Shown here piece after piece: positions 40,529 through 50,796 of a stretch of DNA of 64,000 nucleotides. The notes beneath the pieces were generated by a model that worked only from the letters and a program-made list of their open reading frames with translations, was not told where the DNA came from and did no database searches. The stretch's first letter is position 1; each line of letters opens with the position of its first letter. The translations under genes and the position numbers were made by a program. Source of the DNA: an uncultured Microbacteriaceae bacterium (GTDB lineage Bacteria > Actinomycetota > Actinomycetes > Actinomycetales > Microbacteriaceae); NCBI GenBank assembly GCA_937124545.1, contig CAKZKU010000116.1, positions 21,336 through 85,335 on the forward strand, in the 5' to 3' direction.

Positions 40529-41767
40529 GTGCCGAACACCACTCGCTCCACCACCGTCTTTGCACTGACCGGCATTATCTTGCTGGCGCTCGGCATAAGA
40601 ACCGGTGTGGCGGCCATTGCCCCTTTGGCTCCAGTCATGGATTTGGATGTTGCCATGGAGGGGTTGCCTCTGGGCATCATCGGCACCATCCCTCCGGTGG
40701 CTTACGCTCTGGCTGCCTGGTTTTCTCCGTGGCTTGCCCGGACAGTGGGGATTGAATCTGCCGCGATCGCAGTCGCCGTTCTCGGCGCCATCGCCCACGT
40801 GTGGCGAGGCATCTCGCCCACATATCTGTCACTGTTTGTAGCGACGGCTGTGCTGATGATCGCCGCGGGTGTCGGCAACGTGATCATTCCTGGTTTGGTC
40901 AAGCTTTATGCCCCACGTGCCATTGGCACGGTGACCGCCATCTACGGCACCGCCATGGCTATTAGCTCTTCAGCCCCCTCCTTCTTTGGGGTCGTCATTG
41001 CCGATGCCGCGGGCTGGCGGCTCTCCCTGGCATCATGGGCGCTGGTCAGTCTTGTGGGGGCGCTTCCTTGGCTCTTGGTCTTGCCTTTTGCCCGGCAACG
41101 CAGTCGCGCAGAATCGGCGCTGGATAGTGGGCTGATACCGGTCGTTGTCCCGGTGTCGCTGTTCCGGTCACCCACCGCGCTCTCAGTGATGGGGATATTC
41201 GCTGTATCCGGCACCATGGCTTACACCTGGTTTGCTCTGCTCCCACAGTTACTGGTGGACGAGGCCGGCTTCAGCGTGGAGCAGGCGGCATTTGCTCTCG
41301 GGGTCTTCACCATTACGGGCTTCCCGATGTCCCTGGTGATCCCGCCGTTGGCCACCAACGCGCGGTGGGCGGGAGCACTTGTGGGGCTGGCCGTTGCCTG
41401 TGGCCTCGCCGGAATGGTGGGGCTTTTGGTGGCGCCCGCGACCGCGACGTTGCTCTGGGTGGTTCTTTTGGCCCTGGGGCCTATGACTTTTCCGCTGTCG
41501 TTGACCTTGATCGGGCTTCGCACCGACAACCATCTGTCTGCTTTGGCGCTGAGCGGCTTTGTCAACAAGGTGGGGTATTTCATCGCCGCAGTCGGTCCTC
41601 TGCTGGCTGGTTTGCTTCTCCAGGTCACCGGTCAGTGGGCAGCGAGCGTGATTTTCTTGATGCTCGTTGTCGTATGTGAAATCCCCGCCGTGTGGGTGTT
41701 GGCGAGAAACGGCAATGTTGACCGTGAACTCCGGGCATTTTCTGACGATGCTCATCTGAGCAAGTAG
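40529..41767 (+). CDS. MFS transporter (CynX/NimT-like)
   Basis: About 12 TM helices; GVGNVIIPGLVK, WRLSLASW, LSGFVNKVGYFIAAVGP. Confidence 0.85.
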   Translation: MPNTTRSTTVFALTGIILLALGIRTGVAAIAPLAPVMDLDVAMEGLPLGIIGTIPPVAYALAAWFSPWLARTVGIESAAIAVAVLGAIAHVWRGISPTYLSLFVATAVLMIAAGVGNVIIPGLVKLYAPRAIGTVTAIYGTAMAISSSAPSFFGVVIADAAGWRLSLASWALVSLVGALPWLLVLPFARQRSRAESALDSGLIPVVVPVSLFRSPTALSVMGIFAVSGTMAYTWFALLPQLLVDEAGFSVEQAAFALGVFTITGFPMSLVIPPLATNARWAGALVGLAVACGLAGMVGLLVAPATATLLWVVLLALGPMTFPLSLTLIGLRTDNHLSALALSGFVNKVGYFIAAVGPLLAGLLLQVTGQWAASVIFLMLVVVCEIPAVWVLARNGNVDRELRAFSDDAHLSK

Positions 41768-41807
41768 CTCAACAATTGTTGTTCCCAGGGTCTGCTGCGC
41801 CTACCCT
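41749..41807 (+). promoter_or_regulatory. Promoter and operators of the deo operon
   Basis: TGCTCA-TC-TGAGCA (41749-62), CAACAATTGTTG (41770-81), TTGTTC-N17-TACCCT (41779-41807). Confidence 0.55.
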
Positions 41808-41813
41808 GGAGGA

Positions 41814-42785
41814 ATGTCCGGAAAGACCGTTCTCGATAATGAACTTTTAGCGGTGCGCGCTGCTGAGCTCTATTACCAGGAGAACAAGACGCAAGACGAA
41901 ATCGGCGCAATTTTGCACATCACGCGCTGGAAAGTTGGGCGGCTGATTACCCAAGCCCGCGAGCAAGGCATCATTCGGATTGAAATTTCTCACCCTCGGG
42001 CCAGGCGCCTGGGAATGGAACAGGACGTCAAAGCTGCCTTCTCGCTGGAAGCAGCGATTGTGGTCCCCGGCGGAGGGGACGGCGCTGATGTTGCATCACG
42101 TGTTGCCTCAGCTGCTGCTGACTATCTCGTTGCGATGCGTCCCTACAGCCACGTTCTGGGGGTGAGCTGGGGTAAAACACTGCACCAGGTCGCTCAGGCC
42201 CTACCTGCCGGCTGGTGTCCGCCCCTTCGCGTGGTCCAAGTGAATGGAGGAGTTAGCCACAGCGCCGCTCCCGGGTTAGCCGCAGAGACTGCGACCATGA
42301 TTGCCGCGAAAGCGCACGGGGAAGTCACGTTGCTGCCGACGCCCGCAATTCTGGAGCGTCGGGAGACGAAAGAGGCAATCGAGTCCGACCGCAGCATTCG
42401 TGGCGTTCTGGACCACGCGGCAACCGCGGATACACATCTTTTCAGTGCTGGGCCGGCCAGCGAAGTGAGCATTCACGTCCAGTCTGGCTATCTCAAGAAC
42501 ACTGATATTCAGAGCCTCCAACAATCCGGTGCGGTTGGGGACGTCCTGGGTCGCTACATCACCCCTGAGGGGACGATCGCGGACCGGGGGCTCGATAAGC
42601 GCACTCTCGGTATTTCTCTCGACACTCTGCGCGAAGCACCCCGCCGAATTGCGGTAGTCGCGGGTCCCGAAAAACATCCGGTGGCGCTGGCGATAGCTCG
42701 CAGTGGCCTTGCCACCGTCATGATTATGGACGAGGGCACCGCTACCTTTTTGTTAGGCAACCACACACAGGAAGTCTCCGCATGA
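41814..42785 (+). CDS. SorC/DeoR-type sugar-binding transcriptional regulator
   Basis: AAELYYQENKTQDEIG..ITRWKVGRL HTH; LGVSWGKT, GAVGDVLGRY. Confidence 0.9.
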   Translation: MSGKTVLDNELLAVRAAELYYQENKTQDEIGAILHITRWKVGRLITQAREQGIIRIEISHPRARRLGMEQDVKAAFSLEAAIVVPGGGDGADVASRVASAAADYLVAMRPYSHVLGVSWGKTLHQVAQALPAGWCPPLRVVQVNGGVSHSAAPGLAAETATMIAAKAHGEVTLLPTPAILERRETKEAIESDRSIRGVLDHAATADTHLFSAGPASEVSIHVQSGYLKNTDIQSLQQSGAVGDVLGRYITPEGTIADRGLDKRTLGISLDTLREAPRRIAVVAGPEKHPVALAIARSGLATVMIMDEGTATFLLGNHTQEVSA

Positions 42786-43789
42786 ACCCCGTAACAGCCC
42801 TGGCGCAAACACCTCGAGCCCACACAGTCTTGGGCCCGGGAGCTACTGAAAAAGCCTTGACCACCTTCCTCAATGGCATCCCCGGCGTGGACACGGTCGG
42901 CGCCCACGCCCGCGCCGCAGGATTTGCCTCACGCTCGCTGAAAACGACGTCGAAAGCGGCGGGTTTGGACACCATCATCTCGATGGTGGACCTCACCACG
43001 CTGGAGGGTGCAGACACGGTCGGTAAAGTCCACACGCTCGCCAGAAAGGCCATCTCACCCGACATCAGCGATCCTTCGACGCCGTCGGTCGCCGCGGTCT
43101 GCGTTTATGGCGACATGGTCTCCGCGGTGCGGGAATCGCTCGGTGCGCACCACATCTCCCAGAGGCCCGATGGGGTATCGGTCGCCGCGGTGGCGACGGC
43201 TTTCCCGAGCGGTCGCGCGAGCCTTGCCGTGAAGCTCGCGGACACACAGTTTGCGGTGTCAGAAGGGGCCGATGAGATCGACATGGTGATCGATCGCGGC
43301 GCATTTCTTTCCGGGTCCTGGGGCGTCGTTTACGACCAGATCGTCGCCGTCAAGGAAGCCTGCAAGAGGGAGGACGGGAGTTACGCCCATCTCAAAGTGA
43401 TTCTCGAAACCGGGGAGCTCGCAACCTTGGACAATGTGCGACGAGCGAGCTGGCTGGCCATTTTGGCTGGAGCCGACTTCATCAAAACCTCCACCGGAAA
43501 AGTTGCTCCGGCAGCAACGTTGCCGGTCACGGTGACCATGCTCGAAGTCATTCGCGATTGGCACGCTCTCACAGGCGAAAAGATTGGCATGAAACCCGCC
43601 GGAGGAATTCGCGCCAGCAAGGATGCGCTTCGCTACCTAGTGGCGGTCGCCGAGACCGTGGGAGAGCAATGGCTGACGCCTGACCTGTTCCGGTTTGGTG
43701 CGTCCAGCTTGCTCAACGATGTTCTGATGCAGCGACAAAAAATGCGAACCGGCCATTACAGCGGCCCCGACTACGTGAGTGTGGATTAA
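42782..43789 (+). CDS. deoC: Deoxyribose-phosphate aldolase (long form)
   Basis: DLTTLEGADT, ADEIDMVI, LKVILETGEL, DFIKTSTGK, KPAGGIR, RFGASSLL. Confidence 0.95.
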   Translation: MNPVTALAQTPRAHTVLGPGATEKALTTFLNGIPGVDTVGAHARAAGFASRSLKTTSKAAGLDTIISMVDLTTLEGADTVGKVHTLARKAISPDISDPSTPSVAAVCVYGDMVSAVRESLGAHHISQRPDGVSVAAVATAFPSGRASLAVKLADTQFAVSEGADEIDMVIDRGAFLSGSWGVVYDQIVAVKEACKREDGSYAHLKVILETGELATLDNVRRASWLAILAGADFIKTSTGKVAPAATLPVTVTMLEVIRDWHALTGEKIGMKPAGGIRASKDALRYLVAVAETVGEQWLTPDLFRFGASSLLNDVLMQRQKMRTGHYSGPDYVSVD

Positions 43790-43791
43790 TC

Positions 43792-45249
43792 ATGACGTTC
43801 CTCGAATACGCCCCAGCGCCTGAATCAACCGCAATCCTGGACATTAAGCCCTCCTACGGACTGTTCATTGGAGGAGAATTTGTTGACGCCCGTGGTGATG
43901 CGTTTGCCACGATCTCCCCGTCGACCGAAGAGCACATCACCACCGTGGGGGAAGCCAACGCGGACGATGTAGACCGCGCGGTGAAAGCAGCACGGCTCGC
44001 GTATGACAAAACCTGGTCAAAGCTTTCGGGCAGCGAGCGCGGTAAATATCTTTTTCGCATCGCCCGGATCATTCAGGAGCGCTCGCGCGAACTTGCCGTC
44101 GCCGAAACGATGGATAACGGCAAGCCGATTCGTGAGACTCGTGATGTTGATATGCCGTTGGTCGCCGCGTGGTTCTTTTATTACGCAGGCTGGGCAGACA
44201 AGCTCGAATACGCCGGTTTAGGACCGAAGCCTCAATCACTCGGGGTTGCCGCACAAATAGTGCCCTGGAATTTCCCTCTGCTGATGTTGGCGTGGAAAAT
44301 TGCCCCTGCGCTTGCGGCCGGTAACACGGTGGTGCTCAAGCCCGCCGAAACGACACCGCTGACAGCGTTGCTGTTTGCCGAAATTTGTCAGCAGGCGGGA
44401 CTTCCGGAGGGGGTTGTCAACATCATTACCGGTGCTGGCAGTACCGGAGCCGCACTCGTTGCACACCCCGGTATCAACAAAGTGGCCTTTACCGGTTCCA
44501 CCCCGGTTGGTCGCAGCATCGCGGCATCGCTTGCGGGAACAGATGTTCGCGCCACGCTCGAGCTTGGTGGCAAAGGGGCAAACATTGTCTTCGACGATGC
44601 CGCCATCGACCAGGCAATCGAGGGAATCGTCAGCGGAATCTTTTTCAACCAGGGGCACGTGTGCTGCGCGGGCTCCCGCCTTCTCGTGCAGGAGAACATT
44701 CATGACGATGTTCTCCACCGGCTTCAGCGCCGGCTACAGACGCTGCGGTTGGGCGATCCTCTGGATAAAAACACGGACATTGGCGCCGTCAACTCGAAGG
44801 TCCAGCTCGAGCGCATCTCTGCGCTTGTCGATGCCGGCGAAGCGGAAGGAGCGACCCGATGGAGCTCGGACTGCGTGCTGCCGGACAAGGGTTTTTGGTT
44901 TCAGCCCACGGTGTTCACAAATGTGCACACCAGCCATCGGGTTGCGCAAGAGGAAATCTTTGGCCCTGTTCTCTCCGTGATGACGTTCCGAACCCCTGAG
45001 GAAGCTATTGCGAAAGCAAATAACACTCCTTACGGCCTGAGCGCGGGTATTTGGACGGAAAAAGCGTCGCGGATGCTGGCGATGGCAAACGCGCTGCGCG
45101 CGGGTGTCATCTGGGCGAACACGTTCAACAAGTTTGATCCGGCAAGCCCATTCGGTGGGTATCAAGAGTCCGGTTACGGTCGCGAAGGTGGGCGTCACGG
45201 GTTGGCTGCTTATCTCGAGGCGAGTGACCAGAAAGCAGGAGGCCGATGA
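43792..45249 (+). CDS. Aldehyde dehydrogenase (catalytic subunit)
   Basis: [33 protein letters not shown]. Confidence 0.94.
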   Translation: MTFLEYAPAPESTAILDIKPSYGLFIGGEFVDARGDAFATISPSTEEHITTVGEANADDVDRAVKAARLAYDKTWSKLSGSERGKYLFRIARIIQERSRELAVAETMDNGKPIRETRDVDMPLVAAWFFYYAGWADKLEYAGLGPKPQSLGVAAQIVPWNFPLLMLAWKIAPALAAGNTVVLKPAETTPLTALLFAEICQQAGLPEGVVNIITGAGSTGAALVAHPGINKVAFTGSTPVGRSIAASLAGTDVRATLELGGKGANIVFDDAAIDQAIEGIVSGIFFNQGHVCCAGSRLLVQENIHDDVLHRLQRRLQTLRLGDPLDKNTDIGAVNSKVQLERISALVDAGEAEGATRWSSDCVLPDKGFWFQPTVFTNVHTSHRVAQEEIFGPVLSVMTFRTPEEAIAKANNTPYGLSAGIWTEKASRMLAMANALRAGVIWANTFNKFDPASPFGGYQESGYGREGGRHGLAAYLEASDQKAGGR

Positions 45250-46112
45250 TGTCGCGTCTAACCGTTCCTAAGACCTACAAACTCTTTATCGGAGGAAAGT
45301 TCCCGCGTTCGGAGAGTGGCCACACCTTCGAGGTCTCCACCCCCAAAGGCGAGTTCCTCGCCAATGCTGCAGCTGCCAGTCGCAAAGATGCTCGCGATGC
45401 AGTGGTCGCTGCGAGGGGCGCGTTTCCTGGATGGTCCGGCGCGACGGCCTACAACCGAGGCCAGGTGCTCTACCGAGTTGCCGAGGTACTCGAGGGTCGT
45501 GCGGAGCAATTCGTGGAGGAAATTCGTCAGAGCGAAGGTGTCAGCGCCCGCGCCGCGCGCACCCAGGTGGAGAACTCCATCGACACCTGGGTTTGGTACG
45601 CGGGCTTCGCCGACAAATACGCACAAGTTGCCGGTAACGGTAACCCGGTCTCTGGCCCGTACTTCAACTTATCCACGCCAGACCCCATGGGGGTGGTTGT
45701 TGCATTGTGTCCCCAGGGTCCCAGTGGCCAGAGCCTTCTCGGGCTCAGCGCAAGTGTTGCCCCGATTGTGGCCAGTGGAAACACGGTGGTGGCGGTGTCC
45801 CACGCCTCTCAACCCTTGTCCGCGATTAGCGCTGCCGAAGTCTTCGCAACGAGCGATGTTCCCGGCGGCGTCATCAACGTTTTGACGGGAAACCCGGCGG
45901 GGATAATGCCGTGGATGGCCTCCCACGCTGATGTGAACGGGCTTGACTTAGCGGGTGCCGATGAGGAGTCGGCGCGGGAGTGGGAAAAAGCAGCGGCGCA
46001 GACGCTCAAGCGTGTTCAGGGACCCAGCAACGGGATTCCCGCACCAAGCCTGCATCGCATTACTGCTTTCGTCGAGACCAAAACGGTGTGGCACACGCAG
46101 GCGCTGGGCTAA
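45246..46112 (+). CDS. ALDH-like protein, Rossmann domain only (no catalytic domain)
   Basis: KTYKLFIGGKFPRSESG, VPGGVINVLTG, ETKTVWH; no LELGGK, catalytic Cys motif or EEIFGP. Confidence 0.85.
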   Translation: MMSRLTVPKTYKLFIGGKFPRSESGHTFEVSTPKGEFLANAAAASRKDARDAVVAARGAFPGWSGATAYNRGQVLYRVAEVLEGRAEQFVEEIRQSEGVSARAARTQVENSIDTWVWYAGFADKYAQVAGNGNPVSGPYFNLSTPDPMGVVVALCPQGPSGQSLLGLSASVAPIVASGNTVVAVSHASQPLSAISAAEVFATSDVPGGVINVLTGNPAGIMPWMASHADVNGLDLAGADEESAREWEKAAAQTLKRVQGPSNGIPAPSLHRITAFVETKTVWHTQALG

Positions 46113-46121
46113 GGATTTCGA

Positions 46122-46997
46122 TTGGTTTCCGGTATCGCGCTAGTCGATAAACCGCGCGGGATTTCTTCCCACACGGTCGTCGCGCAGGCCAGGCGAGCCC
46201 TGGGAACGAAAAAAGTCGGGCACGCCGGCACTCTCGACCCGGCGGCGACCGGTTTGTTGGTTTTAGGTGTCGGCCCCGGCACGCGGCTGCTGACGTTTGT
46301 GGTGGGCGCTGATAAGTCTTACCGGGCCACCATGCGCCTGGGGTATGGGACGACGACCGATGATGCCGAGGGAGAGGCCTTGGCGCCGACCGGGGACATA
46401 GAGGCAGTGTCGGAAGAGTCGGTACGGGCGGCAGCCGCAGCGTTGGTGGGCGAGATTGACCAGGTTCCTTCGACCTACAGTGCCATCAAGGTTGATGGTA
46501 AGCGCGCCTACGACCTTGCACGGTCGGGGCAGGACGTTGCGCTCACCTCGCGCCGCGTCACTATTCACGCTCTCGATATTGACGAGGTCACGCGAGGTGA
46601 GGGTGTTGTGGATGTCACCATGCGCGTGGAGTGCTCGTCGGGTACGTACATTCGTGCGATCGCCCGGGATATTGGTTCCGCTCTTGGGGTGGGCGGACAT
46701 CTCACCGAGCTTCGCCGCGATGTTGTGGGTCCTTTTCTGGTCGAGGACGCCGTGTCCGCGGAAGACCTCACCGAATCACATCTGCTCGATTTGGCGTCGG
46801 TCGCGCAGCAGATCCTGCCGAGTATCGAGCTGGGGGAGGTCGACACCGAGCATGTGCGGCATGGCCGAGCCGTTGATACCGCTTCGTGGCCGGTAGACAC
46901 GCCAGTTGCCGCACTGTCGGCCTCCACCGGCGAGCTCGTGGCGGTTGTTCAGGCGAGCGCCGGCAAGAGCCGTATTCTGATGGGCGTAGCTGGCTAA
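46122..46997 (+). CDS. truB: tRNA pseudouridine(55) synthase
   Basis: VDKPRGISSH, KVGHAGTLDPAATG, YSAIKVDGKRAY, CSSGTYIRA. Confidence 0.96.
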   Translation: MVSGIALVDKPRGISSHTVVAQARRALGTKKVGHAGTLDPAATGLLVLGVGPGTRLLTFVVGADKSYRATMRLGYGTTTDDAEGEALAPTGDIEAVSEESVRAAAAALVGEIDQVPSTYSAIKVDGKRAYDLARSGQDVALTSRRVTIHALDIDEVTRGEGVVDVTMRVECSSGTYIRAIARDIGSALGVGGHLTELRRDVVGPFLVEDAVSAEDLTESHLLDLASVAQQILPSIELGEVDTEHVRHGRAVDTASWPVDTPVAALSASTGELVAVVQASAGKSRILMGVAG

Positions 46998-47012
46998 ACA
47001 GGAGGACGCGGC

Positions 47013-47381
47013 GTGATCGAGTGGTTCGCGTGGGTTCAGGTCGCCGTTGCCGGGGTAGCGGCGCTCAGCGCCGTGGTGTTTGCGCTCCTGCAGCGCACCC
47101 CGAATGACTACACACTCGGGCCTGTTGCCCTGGTCCTCGTGCTGTTGGTGATTCAAATGGGAATGGCTGTCTTTGCTCCGGCTGCGGGGAACTCTCCGAC
47201 GGGGTCGCTATTGGAGTGGTGGATGTATGCCATTACGGCTCTCGTGATGATTCCGGCAGCCATGGTGTGGGCATTGGTCGAGCGCTCCATCATGTCCAAC
47301 GTCGTTCTTGGTCTACTCGCTGCGTCCATTGCGGTGATGCTTACCCGCATGCACACCATTTGGTTTATCAATAGTGCCTAG
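47013..47381 (+). CDS. Four-TM membrane protein of unknown function
   Basis: SD AGGAGG; hydrophobic; WALVERS...VMLTRMHTIW. Confidence 0.8.
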   Translation: MIEWFAWVQVAVAGVAALSAVVFALLQRTPNDYTLGPVALVLVLLVIQMGMAVFAPAAGNSPTGSLLEWWMYAITALVMIPAAMVWALVERSIMSNVVLGLLAASIAVMLTRMHTIWFINSA

Positions 47382-48594
47382 TCCGCTCCCCATTGCGGAG
47401 GTAGCGCCCGAACACGGGCGTTTACCCGACTCTGTTGCCGAGGGTGCCGAAGATAGGGCTTTAGGGCTGTACGTGCACGTGCCTTTTTGTGAAGTTCGCT
47501 GTGGGTATTGCGACTTCAACACCTACACAGCCGAAGAGGTTCGAGGGGTCTCCAGGGATTCCTACCCGAGCCAGGCAATGGCAGAAATGGAGCTTGCCGC
47601 GGGGATCATGCGAGACGCGGGGCTTCCCTCGCGCCCCCTGCAGACCATTTTCTTCGGGGGTGGGACACCCACCCTGTTGGGCCCTGAACCTCTGCTGGCC
47701 ATGTTGGAGAGGGCCTCGACCACCTTTGGGGTGGCCCCTGGGGCTGAGATAACCGTGGAGGCCAACCCCGACAGTGTGAGCGCAGACGACCTTCGAGCGT
47801 TGGCTCGAGGGGGCGTCACGCGGGTGTCCTTCGGCGTGCAGTCAGCTGATCCCGATGTTTTGGCGGTCTTGGAGAGAACTCATAACCCAAAACTTGTTCC
47901 TGAGGGTGTTGCGGCCGCTAAAGAGGCCGGGTTGAAAGTGTCCGTTGATGTCATCTACGGCTCGCCCGGTGAAACGGTGCAGCAGTGGGAATCAACGCTG
48001 GAGTATGTGGTCGGACTCGATGTGGAACACGTTTCTGCCTATGCGCTCATCGTCGAGCCAGGAACAGCCCTGGCTCGCCGCATCGCGCGTGGGGAGTTGG
48101 AGTCACCCGATGATGATGTTCACGCAGACATGTTTCTCGCCACAGACCGGCGACTCACCGAAGCGGGCTTCTCTTGGTATGAAACCAGCAATTGGTCCAC
48201 TGGGCGGGACCGCGAGTCAGCCCACAACTGGTTGTACTGGAATTCGAGCGACTGGTGGGGCATCGGCCCGGGCGCACACTCTCACATGGGGGGAGTTCGA
48301 TGGTGGAATGTGAAACATCCTGCGGCCTATGCCGAGCGACTGGAGCAGCGACGGTCTCCCGCTTTTCATCGGGAAGTCCTCACAGATTCGGATATCGCAC
48401 TGGAGCGCATCCTGCTGGGGCTTCGCACCCGCGAGGGCATCTCGGTCGAGGACGTCGCCCCCGACAAATCTGATGTTCTGGACGATGCGCTCGAGCAAGG
48501 CCTGCTCGACGCGCAGGCGCTCTCGTCGGGGAGAATCACGCTGACGCAGTCTGGACGCCTGCTGGCTGACCACCTGGCGGCACGTTTGAGCTGA
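47374..48594 (+). CDS. hemW: Radical SAM heme chaperone HemW
   Basis: LYVHVPFCEVRCGYCDFNTY, FFGGGTPT, EANPD; upstream of hrcA. Confidence 0.93.
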   Translation: MPSPLPIAEVAPEHGRLPDSVAEGAEDRALGLYVHVPFCEVRCGYCDFNTYTAEEVRGVSRDSYPSQAMAEMELAAGIMRDAGLPSRPLQTIFFGGGTPTLLGPEPLLAMLERASTTFGVAPGAEITVEANPDSVSADDLRALARGGVTRVSFGVQSADPDVLAVLERTHNPKLVPEGVAAAKEAGLKVSVDVIYGSPGETVQQWESTLEYVVGLDVEHVSAYALIVEPGTALARRIARGELESPDDDVHADMFLATDRRLTEAGFSWYETSNWSTGRDRESAHNWLYWNSSDWWGIGPGAHSHMGGVRWWNVKHPAAYAERLEQRRSPAFHREVLTDSDIALERILLGLRTREGISVEDVAPDKSDVLDDALEQGLLDAQALSSGRITLTQSGRLLADHLAARLS

Positions 48595-48621
48595 GCCCGC
48601 TCTCGGGCGCGGTGGCTACAA

Positions 48622-48648
48622 TTAGCAGACTGATACAGAGACTGCTAG
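48622..48648 (+). promoter_or_regulatory. CIRCE-like element upstream of hrcA
   Basis: TTAGCAGAC-N9-GACTGCTAG versus consensus TTAGCACTC-N9-GAGTGCTAA; overlaps -10 TACAAT (48617-22). Confidence 0.8.
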
Positions 48649-48660
48649 CGAGGGGAGTGT

Positions 48661-49698
48661 GTGATGGTTTCACAACGTGCTCTCGATGTGCTTCGCGTGA
48701 TTGTTCAGGACTACGTCGATTCGAAAGAACCCGTCGCGTCCAAAGCCATCGCCGATCGCCACGGCTTTGGTGTGTCCGCGGCGACCATCCGCAACGATAT
48801 GGCGCTGCTAGAAGAAGAGGAGCTCATCACGGCTCCGCACACCTCGGCGGGCCGCGTGCCCACCGACAAGGGCTACCGGGTCTTTGTCGACCAGCTCGCT
48901 GGTGTTCGCCCGCTCTCGAGCGGACAGCGAAACGCCATTGAAGGTTTTCTGCGCGAATCCGCGGACTTGGACGACACCTTGGGGCGCACCGTTCGACTGC
49001 TGTCACAGCTGACCAACCAAGTCGCCATTTTGCAGTACCCCACACTAAGCGTGGCCCTCATCCGACACCTGGAGCTGTTGCCGATGGGTGCCCGTAAGGT
49101 CATGACGGTGCTGATCACCGACAGCGGATCAGTAGATCAAAACATCGTTGACTGCGCGGACGAGGTAGACGAAGTTGTCGTGGCCGAGTTGCGGGCGCAA
49201 TTGAATCAGGCTCTTGTTGGCAAGGCGCTAGCGGATGTTCCAGCGGTCCTCAAAAGCATTCCTCAGCGTGTTTCCCCCGATCGTGTCGCCATGGTGACCG
49301 CTGTCGTCGAGGCCCTGTCCCAAGCTGTTGAGGGACACCGCAGCGATCGACTCGTGATGGCGGGAGCTGCCAACCTGGTGCGGGGCGAGGGGGACTTCTC
49401 CAGTAGTGTGTATCCCGTTTTGGAAGCTATCGAAGAGCAGGTCACACTCCTCAAGCTGTTTACCGAGATGCACTGGGATACCGCCGATGTGCAGGCTCGA
49501 ATCGGCCGCGAGAATGAGGGACCACTCTCGGAAGTGGCCATCTTGGCGTCTGCCTACCAGTCCGGTGGAGAAGCGAACGCCACGCTGGGAGTAGTGGGGC
49601 CGACTCGAATGGACTACTCGAACAACATGTCCGCTGTGCGTGCTGTGGCCCGATACCTCTCGAGGCTCCTCGGCGAAGACGAGAAGGAAAGAGCGTAG
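48661..49698 (+). CDS. hrcA: Heat-inducible transcription repressor
   Basis: SAATIRNDMALLEE, PHTSAGRVPTDKGYR, GPTRMDY. Confidence 0.96.
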   Translation: MMVSQRALDVLRVIVQDYVDSKEPVASKAIADRHGFGVSAATIRNDMALLEEEELITAPHTSAGRVPTDKGYRVFVDQLAGVRPLSSGQRNAIEGFLRESADLDDTLGRTVRLLSQLTNQVAILQYPTLSVALIRHLELLPMGARKVMTVLITDSGSVDQNIVDCADEVDEVVVAELRAQLNQALVGKALADVPAVLKSIPQRVSPDRVAMVTAVVEALSQAVEGHRSDRLVMAGAANLVRGEGDFSSSVYPVLEAIEEQVTLLKLFTEMHWDTADVQARIGRENEGPLSEVAILASAYQSGGEANATLGVVGPTRMDYSNNMSAVRAVARYLSRLLGEDEKERA

Positions 49699-49701
49699 AC
49701 C

Positions 49702-50796
49702 GTGAGTGTTGATCACTACGAGGTTCTTGGTGTCAGTAGGGATGCTGACGCCGACACGATTAAGAAGTCCTACCGCAAGCTGGCCCGCGAGTTGCACCCC
49801 GATGTGAATCAGGAAGCTGGCGCGGAGGATCGGTTCAAACTCGTCACTCACGCATACGAAGTGCTCTCCGACCCTCAGCAACGGGCTCAGTATGACCGAG
49901 GTGGCGATCAAGGCTTTGGTGGCTTTGGTCCGTTCGGCGACATCTTTGAAAACTTCTTCGGTGGAGGAGGCCAAAGCCAAGGCCCGCGTTCACGCCGGGA
50001 ACGAGGCCAAGACGCTTTGCTGCGAGTGGATGTTGACCTGAAGGACGTTATTTTTGGCGTCAATCAGGACATCGAGATTGACACCGCCGTTTTGTGTGAA
50101 ACGTGCGAGGGCTCGTGTTCTGCTCCCGGAAGCTCCCCGCGCACCTGCGATATTTGTGGCGGTTCTGGTTCCCTTCAACGCACCGTGCGATCGGTGCTGG
50201 GCAACATGGTGACCCAAAGCCCCTGCGGTAGCTGTCGCGGATTTGGTGAGGTAATCGATAATCCCTGCCCGACCTGCGCTGGGCAGGGGCGGGTGCGCGC
50301 TTCACGCACGCTTTCTGTCGATATTCCCGGCGGTATCGAAACGGGACAGCGCATCCACCTTCCCGGTCAGGGCGAAGTGGGTCACGGGGGTGGTCCCGCC
50401 GGAGACCTCTATCTGGAATTCACCGTTCGCGGAGACTCGGTGTACTCGCGCTCCGGTGATGACATCGTGGCAACCCTCGAGATGGACATGATCGACGCCA
50501 TTGAGGGCACCAGCGTCACATTGGATGCTCTGGATGGCGAGGTCACAGTCACCGTGAAGCCCGGTGCGCAAAGCGCTGATGTGATCACCGTGAAGAATCG
50601 AGGCGTCACCAAGCTTCGTGGAAATGGTCGAGGGGACCTTCGCTTTGGTGTCCACGTGTTGACGCCTGTAAAACTTTCGTCGAAAGAATCGGACCTTGTC
50701 GCCAAGCTGAGAGAGCTGCGCAAACCGGCAGCTCCTCGTCTTGCTGGAGCGCAACAGGGGATGTTCCACAAGTTTCGTGACCGACTCTTCGGCTAG
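49702..50796 (+). CDS. dnaJ: Chaperone DnaJ
   Basis: J domain with HPD, G/F region, four CxxCxGxG-type repeats. Confidence 0.96.
   Translation: MSVDHYEVLGVSRDADADTIKKSYRKLARELHPDVNQEAGAEDRFKLVTHAYEVLSDPQQRAQYDRGGDQGFGGFGPFGDIFENFFGGGGQSQGPRSRRERGQDALLRVDVDLKDVIFGVNQDIEIDTAVLCETCEGSCSAPGSSPRTCDICGGSGSLQRTVRSVLGNMVTQSPCGSCRGFGEVIDNPCPTCAGQGRVRASRTLSVDIPGGIETGQRIHLPGQGEVGHGGGPAGDLYLEFTVRGDSVYSRSGDDIVATLEMDMIDAIEGTSVTLDALDGEVTVTVKPGAQSADVITVKNRGVTKLRGNGRGDLRFGVHVLTPVKLSSKESDLVAKLRELRKPAAPRLAGAQQGMFHKFRDRLFG

Noticed and set aside
45246..46112. Second ALDH as a pseudogene
   Set aside because: Intact frame, coupled start and clean loss of one whole domain fit a functional non-catalytic subunit better
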